Assembly: GCA_963845145.1 (NCBI GenBank)
Contig: CAWJQU010000008.1
Span: 538,457 to 602,456, forward strand
Direction of reading: 5' to 3'
Source: an uncultured delta proteobacterium
Lineage (GTDB): Bacteria; Desulfobacterota; Desulfobacteria; Desulfobacterales; QNYZ01
Length of the DNA: 64,000 nucleotides
This document shows, piece after piece, positions 16,003 through 26,831 of the stretch (its first letter is position 1; each line of letters begins with the position of its first letter). The notes beneath the pieces were generated by a model. That model was not told the origin of the DNA. It did not search any database and saw only the letters and a program-made list of their open reading frames with translations. The position numbers and the translations under genes were made by a program.

Positions 16003-17322
16003 TTAAAACGATGTGGCCTTAACCACCGATCCGATAACCTGTCCGATAACCCGGTTGCTTTCATCCACCTGGGTGATTTCCACCTGAACCAGCCTGTTCT
16101 TTAAATCATCATCCCCATCAATCAGGACATGAATATAGTTGCTGCTTAACCCTTTTAGCCGTCCTGTGGCATGGTCTCGTTTATTTTCCACAAGAACACG
16201 CATGGTTTGACCGATGTGGCGGCGAAAAAACCGATTCTTCTTTTCTCCACCTAACACCCGCAACCGTCGGCACCTTGTCTTTATGGTCTCGGGCGATAAT
16301 GGGTCGGCAAAATTCGCGGCCGGCGTTCCGGGTCGAGCTGAAAATGGAAAAACATGCAAATAGGTAATCGGCAAGGCCTCGATCAATGCAACCGTATTTT
16401 CAAATGCTTTTTCCGTTTCACCGGGAAATCCGACCAGGACATCCGCACCAATCGCTGCATCCGGCATGCTGCTGATAATCTTTTGTGACAACCTGTCAAA
16501 ATATGCGGCGGTATAAGGTCGCTGCATTCGTTTCAGTATATCGTCATCACCGCTTTGAAGCGGAATATGAAAATGTCGGCAGAAAAGATCATTTTCGGCC
16601 ATCTGCCCGATGACCACATCGGTCAGCTCGCGCGGTTCGATTGAACTCAATCGGATACGACTGGGCGAGGGCTGGTTTTGTATGGCATCGAGAAGATCAC
16701 TAAGCGACGCCGGCGGCGATAAATCCCGGCCATAAGCCCCAAGATGGATGCCCGTCAGAACGGTTTCATGATACCCGGCGGCGTGCAATTCACGGAGGTT
16801 GTCTAAAACGATATTCATCGGCATACTGCGGCTGCGTCCCCGCGCAAGGGGGACAATACAATAGGTGCATTGCGCATTGCATCCATCCTGTATTTTTAAA
16901 AACGGCCGCGTACGTCCAGCGGCGACACCGACAGATAAGGGCGAAAAAATGGGCGTCGAATCTGCCGGAACGGACGCCAGGCTAAATGATGAATCGAGAA
17001 TATTCGGTAACAGTTCTTTGGCCAAACATGCGACGACGTGGTTTCCATCCCCCGTCTGCCGGACCGCTTCCGGGTCTGTCCGGGCGTAACAGCCGGTGAC
17101 CACAATGCGTGTATCGCTATTCTCACGTATCGCCCGCCGAATAGCCTGACGCGACTGCATGGCTGCCTTTCCGGTCACAGCGCAGGTGTTGATAATGGTA
17201 AGGTCCGCCGACTCATTCGGGCTGATCCGCTGCCCTCCCTTAACTTGTAATTGCCGGTCCAGGGCTTCCGATTCGCACTGGTTGACCTTGCAGCCCAGGG
17301 TAATGATCTGAAATTTTGTCAT
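16003..17322 (-). CDS. mtaB: tRNA t6A methylthiotransferase MtaB
   Basis: TLGCKVNQCES, INTCAVT, radical SAM QDGCNAQCTYC, C-terminal TRAM; start set at ATG 17322. Confidence 0.92.
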   Translation of the reverse strand: MTKFQIITLGCKVNQCESEALDRQLQVKGGQRISPNESADLTIINTCAVTGKAAMQSRQAIRRAIRENSDTRIVVTGCYARTDPEAVRQTGDGNHVVACLAKELLPNILDSSFSLASVPADSTPIFSPLSVGVAAGRTRPFLKIQDGCNAQCTYCIVPLARGRSRSMPMNIVLDNLRELHAAGYHETVLTGIHLGAYGRDLSPPASLSDLLDAIQNQPSPSRIRLSSIEPRELTDVVIGQMAENDLFCRHFHIPLQSGDDDILKRMQRPYTAAYFDRLSQKIISSMPDAAIGADVLVGFPGETEKAFENTVALIEALPITYLHVFPFSARPGTPAANFADPLSPETIKTRCRRLRVLGGEKKNRFFRRHIGQTMRVLVENKRDHATGRLKGLSSNYIHVLIDGDDDLKNRLVQVEITQVDESNRVIGQVIGSVVKATSF

Positions 17323-17395
17323 CTCTATTCCGTCTGCCCGCCATCTGTCTGCCCAAAATCTATCTGGATCGAATTTGTTGGCCCGAAGTTGTTGG

Positions 17396-18522
17396 TTAGG
17401 TATCCGCCGGTTCCGAAACCGTTTGGCCACCATTTTGACCAAGGATCCATCCCCCGCCCAGAACTTCATCTCCTTGGTAAAAAACAGCTCCCTGACCGGG
17501 GGTAATGGCGGTCTGGGGTTGGTCAAACCGGACTCGGGCCGTGCAATCACGCGCCGGAATCACTGTCACCGCAAAAGCCTTGTGCCGATATCTGATTTTC
17601 ACGGTGGCGTGAACAGGTTTTAAGGGCATCGGGACAATCCAGTTGATCCTCACCACCCGGCAGGCGGAACAATAAAGATCTTTTTTTTTGCCGACGACCA
17701 AACAATTTTTATCCGGCTCGATCCTGACAACATAATAGGGCGTTTCATCCGGACAATTGATCCCCCGACGCTGACCGATCGTGAATCGGTGCAGCCCGAA
17801 ATGCTGACCGATCATCTCTCCTTGGGTCGTGACGATGGGACCCGGCTGAAATGTTAACCCGGTTTGCCGGGCCATAAACTCTTTGTAGTTTCGCTCTTTG
17901 ATAAAACAAACATCCTGGCTTTCTCCATCGGTTACAGGGTTCAGGTTTTCTTTCTGAGCCAGGTCGATCACTTCCGTCTTGGTCATCTCTCCCAATGGAA
18001 ACAGGGTGCGTTCCAATTGGCGTCGGGTCAGCCCGGCTAAAAAATAGGACTGATCTTTGTTTGAATCAATCCCCCGGTATAACCGCATACCGCCGTCATC
18101 GCCCCGACCGAATCCGGGCATAGTGGCCTGTAGCCAGTCGCTCGGCTCCCAAACGTCGCGCAAATGAGAAGAGGTCTCCGAATTTAATCGCCGGATTGCA
18201 GACCATACAGGGGCTCGGCGTTTGCCCCGCCTGATAGGTGTCGATGAAATAATCGATCACTTCGGTTTTAAAGCGTTGGGTGCTGTCGAGTATTCTTAAC
18301 GGGATATCCAAACGGGTGGCAATCGGAGCCCAATTTGGCACGCGCGGCTTTAAGTATACCCTCGATCGAAGGCTGTTTTTGGTCTAAGGCGGATTGGTTG
18401 TAACCCTCATATCCGGTCACAAAATGTACCCCAATCACCTGATAGCCGGATTCCTTGAGCAGCCAGGCTGTGGTAAGGGAATCGATACCGCCGCTTAAGG
18501 CTACGGCGATGCATGGTTTCAT
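17396..18522 (-). CDS. mnmA: tRNA 2-thiouridylase MnmA (frameshifted)
   Basis: SGGIDS, TPSPCMVCN, ATGHYAR, KDQSYFL, ESQDVCF, TIGQRRG, TPGQ. Confidence 0.93.
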
Positions 18523-18947
18523 TCAAAAAAAACCTGATTGGACGGGGAGACTTCCATCGCTCGAACCGGACAGGCGGTCACGCAAAGTTCACATACACTG
18601 CATTTTTCCTGCTCAAAAGCCACGGACATTTCCGGTCGACAGATTCCCAACGCGCCGGTAGGACAAACCGCAGTACATGCCCCGCAGTGGGTGCAGATGT
18701 CCTCATTTCGGCTAATTTCCTGGGATGCATTCTGTACATGGACTCCCTGTTCCTTTAGAAATCGGACACCGTCTTTAAATCGCCTCTGGGTGCCGGAAAG
18801 CTCCATCACCATTACCCCTTCGCGTCGGGGAAAAATCCGGGCATTCAAAATATTGAATTCAAGATCGAAATCCTTTGCCAGCAGACAAACGATCGGTTTT
18901 TGAACCTCTTGTTGCGGAAATCGTAAAATCAGTATTTTCGAATACAC
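18519..18947 (-). CDS. NIL-domain / 2x[4Fe-4S] ferredoxin protein
   Basis: FNILNA NIL motif; CTHCGACTAVCP and CSVCELCVTACP; GTG start with GGAGGTG RBS. Confidence 0.88.
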   Translation of the reverse strand: MYSKILILRFPQQEVQKPIVCLLAKDFDLEFNILNARIFPRREGVMVMELSGTQRRFKDGVRFLKEQGVHVQNASQEISRNEDICTHCGACTAVCPTGALGICRPEMSVAFEQEKCSVCELCVTACPVRAMEVSPSNQVFFE

Positions 18948-19042
18948 GAAGTCACCTCCGAAATATCTTTTCTTTTTAAAATAAAGAAGATATCTTAAGG
19001 GGCAACACAATATATGTCAACTGCCGCTTAAAGGCCCTCATC

Positions 19043-21202
19043 ATGAATCGTTTTGCCTACCGGACTACAGGCCTGGCCATTCGCACCATTACCGCATTAT
19101 CAAAAGCATCCATTCATCTCCACGGGCAAAAGAATATTCCCAACGGGGCGCTTATTTTTGTGGCCAACCATTTCACCCGCATTGAAACCCTTTTTTTGAC
19201 CTATCATATCTTTCACCTCATCGGTAAAAAACCGGTCTGGTCGCTGGCCGCCGGAGAGCTGTACACAGCTTCTATGGGCTCGTTTCTTGAAAAAGTCGGC
19301 GCGCTTTCAACCCACAATCCTGACCGCGATCGGTTAATCGTGAAAAGTCTTCTGACTGGAGAAGCCGCCTGGGTCATCTACCCGGAAGGGCGCATGGTTA
19401 AGAATAAAAAAATATTCGATAAGGGGCGGTATGTCATCTCGCATGCGGGTGAAAAACTGTCTCCGCATACCGGTGCCGCATCACTGGCGCTTCGCACCCA
19501 ATTTTACCGTGAACGCCTGGAAATGGACGCATACAACCCATCCTCAGGAAGCCGAGCGCCTCATGGATTTATTTCAGATCGAGGAATTCGAACCTATTTT
19601 TGATCTCGACACCTATATCGTTCCGGTTAATCTCACCTACTACCCCATTCGTGCCAAAGAAAACCTGCTGAATCATCTGGCAGAGCATTTTATGGAAAAC
19701 CTTTCCGATCGATGTGGAAGAAGAACTCATGACCGAAGGAACCATGTTGTTCTCCGGGGTGGATATCGATATCCGCTTCGGGGAACCGCTTAAGGTGCGC
19801 CGCTTTTGAATCGGCCCTTGATCCGCAAGGACATCGAAGCCTCACGGCCCATCGAATTCGATGAGGTACTACCTTCCACACCGATCATGCGCACTACCGC
19901 TCAGGAATTGATGAATCGATATATGCACGCCATATATCGTATGACGACGATCAATCCGGATCATTTGTTCGCAGGAATGTTGAAACATTTGAACCGACGG
20001 TTGTTTGACCCGGAGGATCTAAAGCGGCGCGTTTTTCTGGCCGCATCTTTGAGACCCGCAGACCCAAATATCCATTTCCATCGAGACCTGGATGAGCCGC
20101 CGGTCCATTTACTGGTGGATGACCGCCGAAAGTGGTTCGAGGAATTCATCCTTCTGGCCTTAGAAAAAGGTGTCGTTGAAAAACGGGGAAATCGGTATTA
20201 TAAAAAACCCGAAAAAATTAACTACCCTGTTTGATTTTCACCGGGTGCGGGTGGAAAATCCGATTAAAGTCATGGTCAATGAAATCGAACCCATAAGTGA
20301 TTTGCAGCGCCGGCTGCGAAAAATCGCCCGCTTACCCGGTTTTTGGATCAAACGCCGAACAATTCAACGCTTGGAGCGAATAGCCTTAGACGCCTTTAAA
20401 GAGGATTATCAAACCTTTTTCATAGAAAATGAGTCCAAACCGCAATCCGTTGGCCGACCATTTTTTTTAAGGGGAAGTCCGGGAAAAATCGGCATTGTCC
20501 TCATTCATGGCTACATGGCCGCACCCATGGAAGTCAGATCAGTTGGCTCATTATCTGAACCAAAAGGGCTGGTGGGTATATGCCCCACGTGTTAAAGGCC
20601 ATGGCACCAGCCCTGAAGATCTCGGTTTGAGCACAATGAGAGATTGGATAAAAAGTGTGGAACTGGGTTATGCACTTATCAATATCGCTTGTCGAAAAAC
20701 CGTTGTCGGCGGGTTTTCCAATGGCGGCGGACTGGCTTTGGAACTGGCGGCAAGGATACCGGACATCAGCGGTGTTGTGGCGATTTGCCCGCCGTTCAAA
20801 CTCCACGCCGCCACGGCCAGATTAGCGCCGGCAATGGATATGTGGAATCGCCTGGTGGGACGCGTACAGCCTCGTATGGCTATAACGTTTGTGGAGAATC
20901 ATCCTGAAAATCCGGAAATAAACTATTCACGGAACCCCATATCCGGGGTTAGAGAACTGGAACGCTTAATGGAACATGTGGCCGACCAGGCGCCTAAAAT
21001 TAATCAGAGGGTCCTTTTGGCTTTGGCGGATCACGATCCTGTTGTGGACGAAAAGGGTGCCCGACGATTTTTTGAAAAGATTGGTTCGAAAGACAAACAA
21101 TACCTGTTATTTCATTTCGACCGTCACGGAATTATTCGCGGAAAGAATGCAACCCGCGTCCACGAATCGATTGCCCAATTTATCAAATCCGGTATTGTCT
21201 GA
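19043..21202 (+). CDS. PlsC-like acyltransferase fused to an alpha/beta hydrolase (four frameshifted fragments)
   Basis: [13 protein letters not shown]-terminal IHGY, GHGT, GFSNGG, DPVV, HG. Confidence 0.75.
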
Positions 21203-21243
21203 CACACGTTGAGATAGAGACCGCGTAAACCCAAAAAACCGGT

Positions 21244-21972
21244 TTAAGGCGATACACGCAATTTCTGCCCGGCTCTAATCGTATTGGTCGTCATGTTATT
21301 GAGTTCTTTTAACCGGTCAACCGAAAGATTGTATTTGAGGCTGATGCGATAAAGATTTTCCTCGGGTGACACGGTATGAAAACGCCCGGCACCAACAGCC
21401 GGTTTTGGGGGTTCCGTTTTAACTGTGGGCGCAGGTTTTGGCGGTTCCTTTTTAACTGCTGCCGCGGGCTTCTTCTTTGCCGGCGCAACCTGTTTTTTGG
21501 GTTTGGCCTGAGCTACCGGCTTTTCTTTTACCGCCTCCTTTTTCGCGACTATCTCCTCCACCCAAGTTTTAAAAGAGTTTTCAAGGCGATCGATTCGGCC
21601 CGAAAGGCGGTCGACCACTTCTGATGAATCTTTCATATACGCCGTTTTATTCGTTTCCGCGGCGGCGTCTTCCAGTTGGGCGATCCTCATTTCAAGTTCG
21701 TCAATTCTAGAGTCCATTACCGTGGTTTGCGATAAACGTATGGTATTCTCGCGTGGGCGCATGGCGTTATATATGAGATATATACCGATTAGGGCAAAAA
21801 CCAAAAGCGCAAGTAATACCCAATATCTGCGAAAACCAGTTCCGCTCGACCCGGATTGCTCTTCCCAGGATTCGTAAGCGGCATCTCGGTCGAAAAAATC
21901 TTCTTCAGGCGCTTGGGTGTCAGCAGATTTGGTCATTCGATAGGATTGAGAACCATATTCCTTGTCGGTCAT
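21244..21972 (-). CDS. Membrane-anchored LysM protein
   Basis: TM helix, coiled coil, C-terminal HTVSPEENLYRISLKY...GQKLRV. Confidence 0.88.
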   Translation of the reverse strand: MTDKEYGSQSYRMTKSADTQAPEEDFFDRDAAYESWEEQSGSSGTGFRRYWVLLALLVFALIGIYLIYNAMRPRENTIRLSQTTVMDSRIDELEMRIAQLEDAAAETNKTAYMKDSSEVVDRLSGRIDRLENSFKTWVEEIVAKKEAVKEKPVAQAKPKKQVAPAKKKPAAAVKKEPPKPAPTVKTEPPKPAVGAGRFHTVSPEENLYRISLKYNLSVDRLKELNNMTTNTIRAGQKLRVSP

Positions 21973-22223
21973 GTCGCCTCCGTGTAAACGCTAACGTGAT
22001 ACGATTTTATATTTGTTCGAGGACCAATAAGTGAAATAAGTTTACCGATCAGCTGAGATAGGAAACTGTGCCGTCAGCAATACAAATCTCTATTTTTTTA
22101 GTTATTTTACTTGAAATGATATCCAATTCGAATTATGATTACAAGAATATTTTTAAGAAGACTAAAGAACCACGAGTGCAAGGTCGCGCATATTGGACCG
22201 TGGGCAGGAAGGGGGCGAGGCTT

Positions 22224-22436
22224 TTGAAAGAGATAGAGGTCAAAGTTTTTGATAATGACCTTGAAAAGGCAATGCGCGTTTTAAAGAAAAAAATTCAAAA
22301 TGATGGGTTGTTCAAACGGTTAAAGTTAAAGAAAAGTTTTGAAAAACCGAGTGAATTTAGACGACGAAAACAGCGTGAAGCCCAGCGTCGTAGGCGCATT
22401 GCTGAAATAAAGAAGAAAAGACGATACCCTGCATAG
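22224..22436 (+). CDS. rpsU: 30S ribosomal protein bS21
   Basis: LEKAMRVLKKK...FEKPSEFRRRK; TTG start. Confidence 0.92.
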   Translation: MKEIEVKVFDNDLEKAMRVLKKKIQNDGLFKRLKLKKSFEKPSEFRRRKQREAQRRRRIAEIKKKRRYPA

Positions 22437-22499
22437 GGTTTTTTTAATCGCAATAGTGACCCGGTGGACCTCATTTGAATCCGCCGGGTTTTTTTTACC

Positions 22500-23804
22500 A
22501 TGACACCAAAAATAACTTACAAAAAATGCCTTGAAGCCATGTACGCCTTAAGGCGTTTCGGCATCAAGTTGGAACTGGATGTAATTAGCGGCATCCTCAA
22601 TAGTTTGGGACAGCCGCAGAACCAGTTCAAATCCATTCATATCGCCGGAACAAACGGCAAGGGGTCGATTGCCGCCTCTCTGGCTGCGATTCTTCAACAT
22701 GCCGGGTATCGCGTTGGCCTCTTTACGTCTCCGCATCTGGTCCGGTTTAACGAGCGAATTCAGGTAAACGGCCATCAGATTACCAACGATCATCTGGTAG
22801 AAGCCTATATGGCTGTCACAGGCGCCCATCGCGGCCCACGCGACGCTACTTTCTTTGAAATCACGGCAGCCATGGCCTTGTATCAATTTGCCCGGGAAAA
22901 AGTCGATCTGGCGGTGATCGAAACCGGTCTGGGCGGCCGTCTGGATGCCACCAATATCATTATGCCCTTGGTGAGCGTCATTTCCAATATTTCCATTGAA
23001 CATCGACAGTATCTCGGAAACACATTGGCCGAAATTGCGGCTGAAAAAGCCGGGATCATCAAGCCAAAAATACCCGTGGTCACCGCAGTACGCCAACCCA
23101 AGGCGATCACCGTGATTGAGAAGAAAGCCAAAGAACGATCAGCCCCCTGCTATCGGCTGGGTCACGCCTTTCGAATTCGGCGCGGGAAAAACGGACAGTT
23201 CAACTACTATGGGCTGGACACGGTGTGGCGGAATTTAAAGACCAATCTGGCCGGAGATCAACAACCTGAAAACGCCGCCTTGGCATTGGCGGCCTGTGAG
23301 CTGCTCACCCGGCAGGATATACCTGTTAGGGAAACCGATATTCGCATCGGCTTGCAACAGATTCATTGGCCGGCCCGTCTGGAGGTGGTTTCCACCGACC
23401 CGTACATCCTTTTCGATGGGGCCCACAATCTGGCTGCAGCAAGAAAACTGGCCCTGTTTCTGGGCAACGAGTTGAAGAATCGCCGTATGACACTGGTAAT
23501 CGGCATTCTGGATGATAAGCCCTATCGTGCCATGTTGGCTATGCTGGCCCCACTGGCCAATCACCTGATCGTCACGCGCCCAACGATCGACCGCGCTCTG
23601 CCACCGGAAAAACTAGCCCAGGCAGCATCCGAGTATGCGCCAAAGATAACGGCCAAACCGACCGTGGCCGCGGCCCTTCAACATGCGCTTGAAACGATCG
23701 ACAAAGGCGATGCCGTCGTGGTGGCCGGTTCGCTATATGTGGTGGGCGAGGCCATGGCGTACCTGAATAATGACCGCCCGCCGGACCCCGGAGAGTCCGG
23801 CTGA
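22500..23804 (+). CDS. folC: Folylpolyglutamate synthase/dihydrofolate synthase
   Basis: HIAGTNGKGS, TSPHL, ETGLGGRLDATN, DGAHN, GSLYVVGE. Confidence 0.96.
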   Translation: MTPKITYKKCLEAMYALRRFGIKLELDVISGILNSLGQPQNQFKSIHIAGTNGKGSIAASLAAILQHAGYRVGLFTSPHLVRFNERIQVNGHQITNDHLVEAYMAVTGAHRGPRDATFFEITAAMALYQFAREKVDLAVIETGLGGRLDATNIIMPLVSVISNISIEHRQYLGNTLAEIAAEKAGIIKPKIPVVTAVRQPKAITVIEKKAKERSAPCYRLGHAFRIRRGKNGQFNYYGLDTVWRNLKTNLAGDQQPENAALALAACELLTRQDIPVRETDIRIGLQQIHWPARLEVVSTDPYILFDGAHNLAAARKLALFLGNELKNRRMTLVIGILDDKPYRAMLAMLAPLANHLIVTRPTIDRALPPEKLAQAASEYAPKITAKPTVAAALQHALETIDKGDAVVVAGSLYVVGEAMAYLNNDRPPDPGESG

Positions 23805-23829
23805 TCGGCAAGGGCCCCTTTCATCCTTC

Positions 23830-23858
23830 TTGACTTTTAAACCGCTTCGTTCTATTTT
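23830..23858 (+). promoter_or_regulatory. Sigma70-like promoter of tRNA-Arg
   Basis: TTGACT-17-TATTTT ending 11 nt before the tRNA. Confidence 0.55.
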
Positions 23859-23869
23859 CCTCAAAAATT

Positions 23870-23945
23870 GCGCCCGTAGCCCAGGGGATAGGGCGTCAGC
23901 CTCCGGAGCTGAAGATCGCTGGTTCGAATCCAGCCGGGCGTACCA
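23870..23945 (+). tRNA. tRNA-Arg (anticodon CCG)
   Basis: Acceptor GCGCCCG/CGGGCGT, anticodon arm TCAGC-CTCCGGA-GCTGA, GGTTCGAATCC T-arm, encoded CCA. Confidence 0.96.
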
Positions 23946-24640
23946 ATATAAATCAATAGCTTAGCGAATTTTCTCTAAGCTATTTTTTATTAATATTTTG
24001 GATTTACCCACTCTATTCCCCACACAATAAATAAAAGAGAATATTTTCAAAGTGATTGATCTGAATAAACTCAACCTTAATTTCCGATCGAAAAAAATTG
24101 ATACCCGACTCAACAGTTAACTTTGTACCGGGGAGATGGTGAATTCTTAAATTTAGTAGCCGAACCTCTTTTATTGTGATTAAAATATCTTCTGGACAGT
24201 TTTGTATCTTTGAAAGTTTGAATCCGGTTTATAGGCTCAAATATAACCTCTTGCTTTGCGCGGATTGGGGATAGATTGAGCTGCACCCCAACCAGTAGCC
24301 ATGACCGTTGGTATTTGTTAAGGATCGATTTAGGCTAATTTTTCCTTACTTTTCAAGAAGGAAGATAGGGTGTACATGCATTTAAATGAGGTATTGACGT
24401 GGTATTTATTGGTCACTATACTCGGAAAAAAATGCCACAATAGTTTTTGAACATTAAAGCGACAGAGCCCATTTTGTGCGCTCTTCCATGTATTTTTTCA
24501 TTAGCGCCGACCCAGAGTAAAGCCATGGCAGATCAGTGTTAGCAACACGTTAGGCTATATGCAGGATTTCTGTATAAGGATTTGACCGTTTTCCACATAA
24601 TGGCGGGTCAAAAATAAAATAATTTTTGGAAAATGTTTTT

Positions 24641-25247
24641 ATGGCATTTGTAAACCCGAAAAAACGTCAAGTTCAGGTGAAGATCGTTTATTACGGTCCA
24701 GGAAGGGGGGGAAAGACAACCAATTTAGAATTTCTATATAGTAAATTAGGTGAGCGTGTGAAAGCGGATTTGATTTCTATTAAAACTGATGGAGATCGGA
24801 CGCTTTTCTTTGATTTTCTTCCTTTCGATTTGGGGAAAATAAAAGGCTATGATGTTAAGGTACAGCTTTATACAGTCCCGGGCCAGGTTAAGTACAACGC
24901 TACCCGTCAACTTGTGTTGAAGGGTGCAGACGGCGTGGTATTTGTTGCGGACTCCATGACGGTAAGAAGAGATCAAAACTTTATTTCACTAAAAAATCTT
25001 CACAAGAACCTGGTCGCCAATGGAAAAAATATATTTAAAATTCCACTTGTATTGCAGTATAACAAAAGAGACCTGGCGGAAACAGACGTTCCCATCCTGC
25101 CCATTGAAATACTTAAGAAAAACCTCAACTCCCAACTAAAGGTACCTGATTTGGCCAGCTAGCGCTTTGAAAGGAACAAATATACTGGAGACCTTTAAAA
25201 AAATCATGACAACAACCATGGTTACCATCAGAGACCAACTAAAATAG
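24641..25247 (+). CDS. mglA: MglA-family small GTPase (frameshift near 25155)
   Basis: KIVYYGPGRGGKTTNL, DRTLFFD, LYTVPGQV, QYNKRD; C-terminal ASALKGTNILETFK in another frame. Confidence 0.88.
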
Positions 25248-25553
25248 GTGTAGCGACCCGCATTTCTAATGCCTTACCCTGTACTTTGTCCGATTTGGAA
25301 TAATGGATAAGTCTGACAAACTCCAACGCCCCTGTAAATATCAGGGTCCTGAAAAACCACCTATGTTCGATAATAATCACAACGTAACAGAATTAAGGGT
25401 TGAGCGGATACCCCCCGCCGAAAACGAGGTCAGCAAAGTAATCGAAAACTGAAAAGCGAATTTGATATGGAAACAACTTGTAAAGATTATTGATGCACGC
25501 ACTATTGGTATTATTTTTGAATTCGAAGCATAAAATTGCAGCAGGAAGAACGT

Positions 25554-25859
25554 ATGAAAAAAGCGATCTTTTTGTCAGTAATAGTATTATCAATTCTCAT
25601 CATGATTTCCTGCAAAAATGATCCCACAGACATTGCTGTGATGGGTGTTGAATTTCAATGGTTGCCAATTGATCACAGTTCTCATAAAAATCCAGAGATT
25701 CTGCTAACGGATGTGCCAGAGGGTACTAAACGCTTTCTTGTGAGTCTGGTTGATCTTGATCTTAAATCATACAATCATGGAGATGGTTTCGTAGAAGGCG
25801 GTGGACCCCATCGCCTAGACAACTTTCAACCACGAATAAGCTCTAAGTCAGAGGGTTAA
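25554..25859 (+). pseudogene. PEBP/YbhB-like lipoprotein, probably 3'-truncated
   Basis: Lipoprotein signal (IMISC), NPEILLTDVPEGTK...LVDLD...HG; the rest of the domain is missing. Confidence 0.5.
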
Positions 25860-25939
25860 AAGGATTTTAAAAATAAAATGGAAAATTGACGTATAGAAAA
25901 ACACGGTTTAAGCCGCCTTCTTAAACGGATAAGGAAGAC

Positions 25940-26642
25940 TGTTATAAACCTCATCCGGTGTTAATGCGGTCAATCTCAAAGAGTTACTGGGTTTTGGTAG
26001 CTACCATACCGCCTTGTGCTGGCTACAATAGCTAAGACGCTGCACAATACGCCAGGGTCGCGAGAAATTGTCCGGACGGGTCGAGGTAAATGAATTTGTC
26101 ATCGGCGGTCTGAAATCCGGCAAGTGCGGGCGAGGCGCCGAAGGCAAAACCATCGTTGCCGCTGCAGCCGAACGCGATGCGTTAAATAGGAAAATGGGGC
26201 GCATCCGCCTTCATGTGATGATAGACTACTCGTCATTTTCGCTGGAAACCTTTATGGATGAAAATGTCGAACCGGGCAGCACCGTCGTTACTGATGCGTG
26301 GCCAAGTTATCCACCCATTATCGAAGATCAAATCCATGATCCGGTCAATCAATCGCAATTGAACAATGAAGATGACGGCCTATATGGTGTTCATCTCATT
26401 GCTTCGATGGATAAACGATTGATTCGAGGCACGTTTCAGGGTCGTTTCGAACCTAAATATCTTCAAAACTATCTCGATGAATATGTGTTTCGATTCAATC
26501 GAAGGAAAACAAAATATATCAGGAACAAGTTCATGCGTATCGTCCAACAAGTGGCAAAATCAGCCAAAATAAAATGTGATGAAATCAAATGAGACCTTGA
26601 TCCAATTTCAGAATTCTTCGCACTTGAGCTTTTTGGATAACC
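25940..26642 (+). mobile_element. IS1595-family transposase remnant
   Basis: LGFGSYHTA, SGRVEVNE (catalytic D changed to N), VVTDAWPSY, YLDEYVFRFNRR; internal stops; N-terminal Zn ribbon absent. Confidence 0.85.
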
Positions 26643-26831
26643 GCATAATTAAAAATAATGGAAATTAAGCTATTAACTGTGATATCGATTTGTTAATCAC
26701 AAACTTATAAATTTGATTTACAATAAGGAGGTGGCTAAAAGATAAATAAGATGATATTAAAGCATAAAAAACTGATATCAGAGTAACCTACTGATATTAA
26801 TACACTCAACTGTTGATTGTAATAATAGAAA

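Noticed and set aside
24400..24640. c-di-GMP riboswitch upstream of mglA
   Set aside because: A weak hairpin exists but I could not match the GEMM consensus; an Rfam scan would be needed.
26590..26592. TGA in the IS1595 remnant as Sec read-through
   Set aside because: It lies in a decayed transposase with other stops; most likely TGG to TGA.
26752..26797. Three TGATAT hexamers upstream of the MORN-FGE gene
   Set aside because: Short motif in AT-rich sequence with uneven spacing; could be chance.
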